Shown: positions 61,751 to 64,000 of the stretch, in pieces
Position numbering within the stretch: position 1 is the stretch's first letter
How the letters are laid out: each line of letters begins with the position of its first letter
Assembly (NCBI GenBank): GCA_964016885.1
Contig: OZ024740.1
Location: 122,450,001 to 122,514,000 of the forward strand
Direction: 5' to 3'
Source: Eledone cirrhosa
Lineage: Eukaryota
Length of the DNA stretch: 64,000 nt
Translations under genes and position numbers: made by a program
The notes under the pieces: model-generated
The model's database searches: none
Told to the model about the DNA's origin: nothing
What the model saw: the letters and a program-made list of their open reading frames with translations, nothing else

Positions 61751-62965
61751 CTAGCAGTAAAGCCCGGCGTTGCTCGGGGTCGCTCAGTAGCTGTGTTAAA
61801 GTTACAATGTTAAGTTTCTTTTTTGGCTTAAAAACTGTAGTGTCTACTGTGCAGACTTGCATGTGGTGTTTTTGATTAATATTCCCTCAACCAACAATAT
61901 GCCTTATGAAGTTAAGAAAACATAACGATAACCCGAATGTTATAACAAAAGAGGATGCTGGGGATAAAAACTGCACTGGTTATTTATTAACAAAGATCGA
62001 AAATGTAAACACTGCAACGCAGAGAAAAACATTAGCGTAACCAAATTATCAGTTATGTCTGTCTGCACGCCTATATCACCTCTCTGCACGACTGTCTGTC
62101 TGCACGCCTATATCACCTCTCTGCACGACTGTCTGTCTGCACGCCTATATCAACTCTCTGCACGACTATCTGTCTGCACGCCTATATCACCTCTCTGCAC
62201 GACTGTCTGTCTGCACGCCTATATCACCTCTCTGCACGACTGTCTGTCTGCACGCCTATATCACCTCTCTGCACGACTGTCTGTCTGCACGACTGTCTGT
62301 CTGCACGCCTAACGAAATTTACAGATACATATATTTTAAATAAACTTATATAATTTTGGCTTTTTTTTACGAAATATTTGCTTGTTTTACGTAGTCTTTA
62401 AATAGACTTGTTTTCAAGTAAAAATATTGTTTTAAAAGGCTTTTAAATGGAAATGAAGCAAAACGGAAGCTTAGTGTTCGAACTGATGAATTTTGCAGGT
62501 CAAAATTTTGCTGGCTCAACAACTGTTCGTGTATTGTGTTAATGTCATTTTAAACGCTGAGAAAGCCAGCGTAATTTTTTTAATTTTTGCCAGCGTAATT
62601 TTATTAATTTTTGCACGCAGAAAATGTAAACAGAACGTAAGACGCTACGCTGAATGTAAACAGAACAAAGGGAAATCATTTTTTTTATTTTTGCACGCAG
62701 AAAATGTAAAGAGAACGTAAGACGCTACGCTGAATGTAAACAGAACAAAGGGAAATAACTGATCACTTACGCTCAAAAATCGATACATTATATTCGATTT
62801 CGTCAGATAGGGCGGGTCAATTTGAAATATTTTTTGTCCGATGTCTTCGCTAGGGCTCAATGTACAAGTATAGCAATTTCGGTGCAATTCCGTGAGAGAT
62901 TCTAAGAGGAGATGTGTGCCAAAAATCGATAGACAGACAGACAACCTCAGTTTTATATATATAGA
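61751..62965 (-). mobile_element. Non-autonomous Helitron with internal 37-bp minisatellite (62057-62310) and ~78-bp duplication
   Basis: Minus strand: A|TCTATATATATAAAA..(TGTC)n ... hairpin CCCGAGCAACGCCGGG, 8 nt, CTAG|T; no TSD. Confidence 0.82.
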
Positions 62966-64000
62966 TTAATTTAGATAACTTTCTGTATAGAAGAAATATA
63001 ATTGTTAATTATAGTATGGACTGATCTGAAATAAGACTGTGTTGATAGACATTATAAAAGAATGATTTTTATTTATCTCTACATTTCTTCTTGAACTGTT
63101 TACTGCTGGCTACATAACCATTAGAGTGAGCAACTTCTCTTTCCTGCAGTTTACAACACCCACTGTAGAAGAGCCATATATAAAGTCCTTATTAATATAG
63201 ATATACATCTCACTTATACACAGCAACAATAATTACTGTTTACTTGTACACAACAACACAATGCATTGATATTACAGTTTATTTTAAATTACCAAATACA
63301 CACATTTGTTTTCCTTATAGACATGTAACGAGTATTTAAAAGTTTAATAAACACTGAAATATGAACACATGCACAAACTACTGTCACAAGCCCATTGGCA
63401 GCTTAAACTTACTGCCACAAGCCTTTTTGCAAGTTTCAACCTCTCCTACAAATTCACAAACCATGCAGTTTTCAGTTAACATTCTATTTGCTCACGGCAG
63501 CAACATAGATTCAGTTATTTTCATAATATTTTGCAATTTAATTTACAATTATTGTAGTTTACAATTTTATATAACCTTAACTGTTTGCTGTTTACACATT
63601 ATTTGTGTACCACAACATTAATTTTACTGTGATTGGAACTGCCTTATCTAGTATTAACATGAGTCATATGCACCACTAGACAAATCTACCAGTTCCCCAA
63701 AATATGCTATTTTTCTACTTCATCAGCTTTAACTCAGTGACATCCAAAATGTCTTTGCATTTAAATCTTCATGTAATAATTTTTACTACTATCACTGTTG
63801 CCATTTTATTCATTAACTGATGAATGGCTTAATAATTTAAACAACCATTAAATATATGTTATACTGATTATATGAACCAGTGTGTTTATATTTACTTTGT
63901 CTGCCTTTTTTTGTATAAAACATGAATAATCTTTTATATTGCTTTTCAGTCGAACTGTTTTATTGACCAATATCTGTGAAATACATCTCCCCAGAAGTTT

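Overview
AT-rich eukaryotic (animal) genomic DNA with no convincing host protein-coding gene. The repeat families suggest a cephalopod (Octopus-like) genome; this is an inference. The window is a retroelement landscape. It holds an R4/Dong RT-RLE element cut by the left edge plus two fragments, a full-length two-ORF Tx1/L1-clade LINE with uninterrupted ORFs inserted in (AAT)n (38254-44281, minus) plus relatives, and five decayed Penelope-like elements, mostly bordered by (AT)n. There are also RTE and CR1 remnants, two tRNA-derived SINE families, a piggyBac-type MITE, a hAT relic and a non-autonomous Helitron. Three signals stand out. (1) A 502-bp tandem-plus-inverted repeat (11385-12735) carries a variant type I hammerhead ribozyme (CAGAAGA core) with an 11-bp pseudoknot, making it a retrozyme/circRNA candidate. 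(2) A Meta-type SINE whose 3' tail resembles the Tx1 3' end has target-site duplications that all start with ATTA, suggesting a Tx1-SINE partnership. (3) A ~1.5-kb near-perfect palindrome carries four minimal hammerheads. All structures were read by eye; no folding or database search was run.
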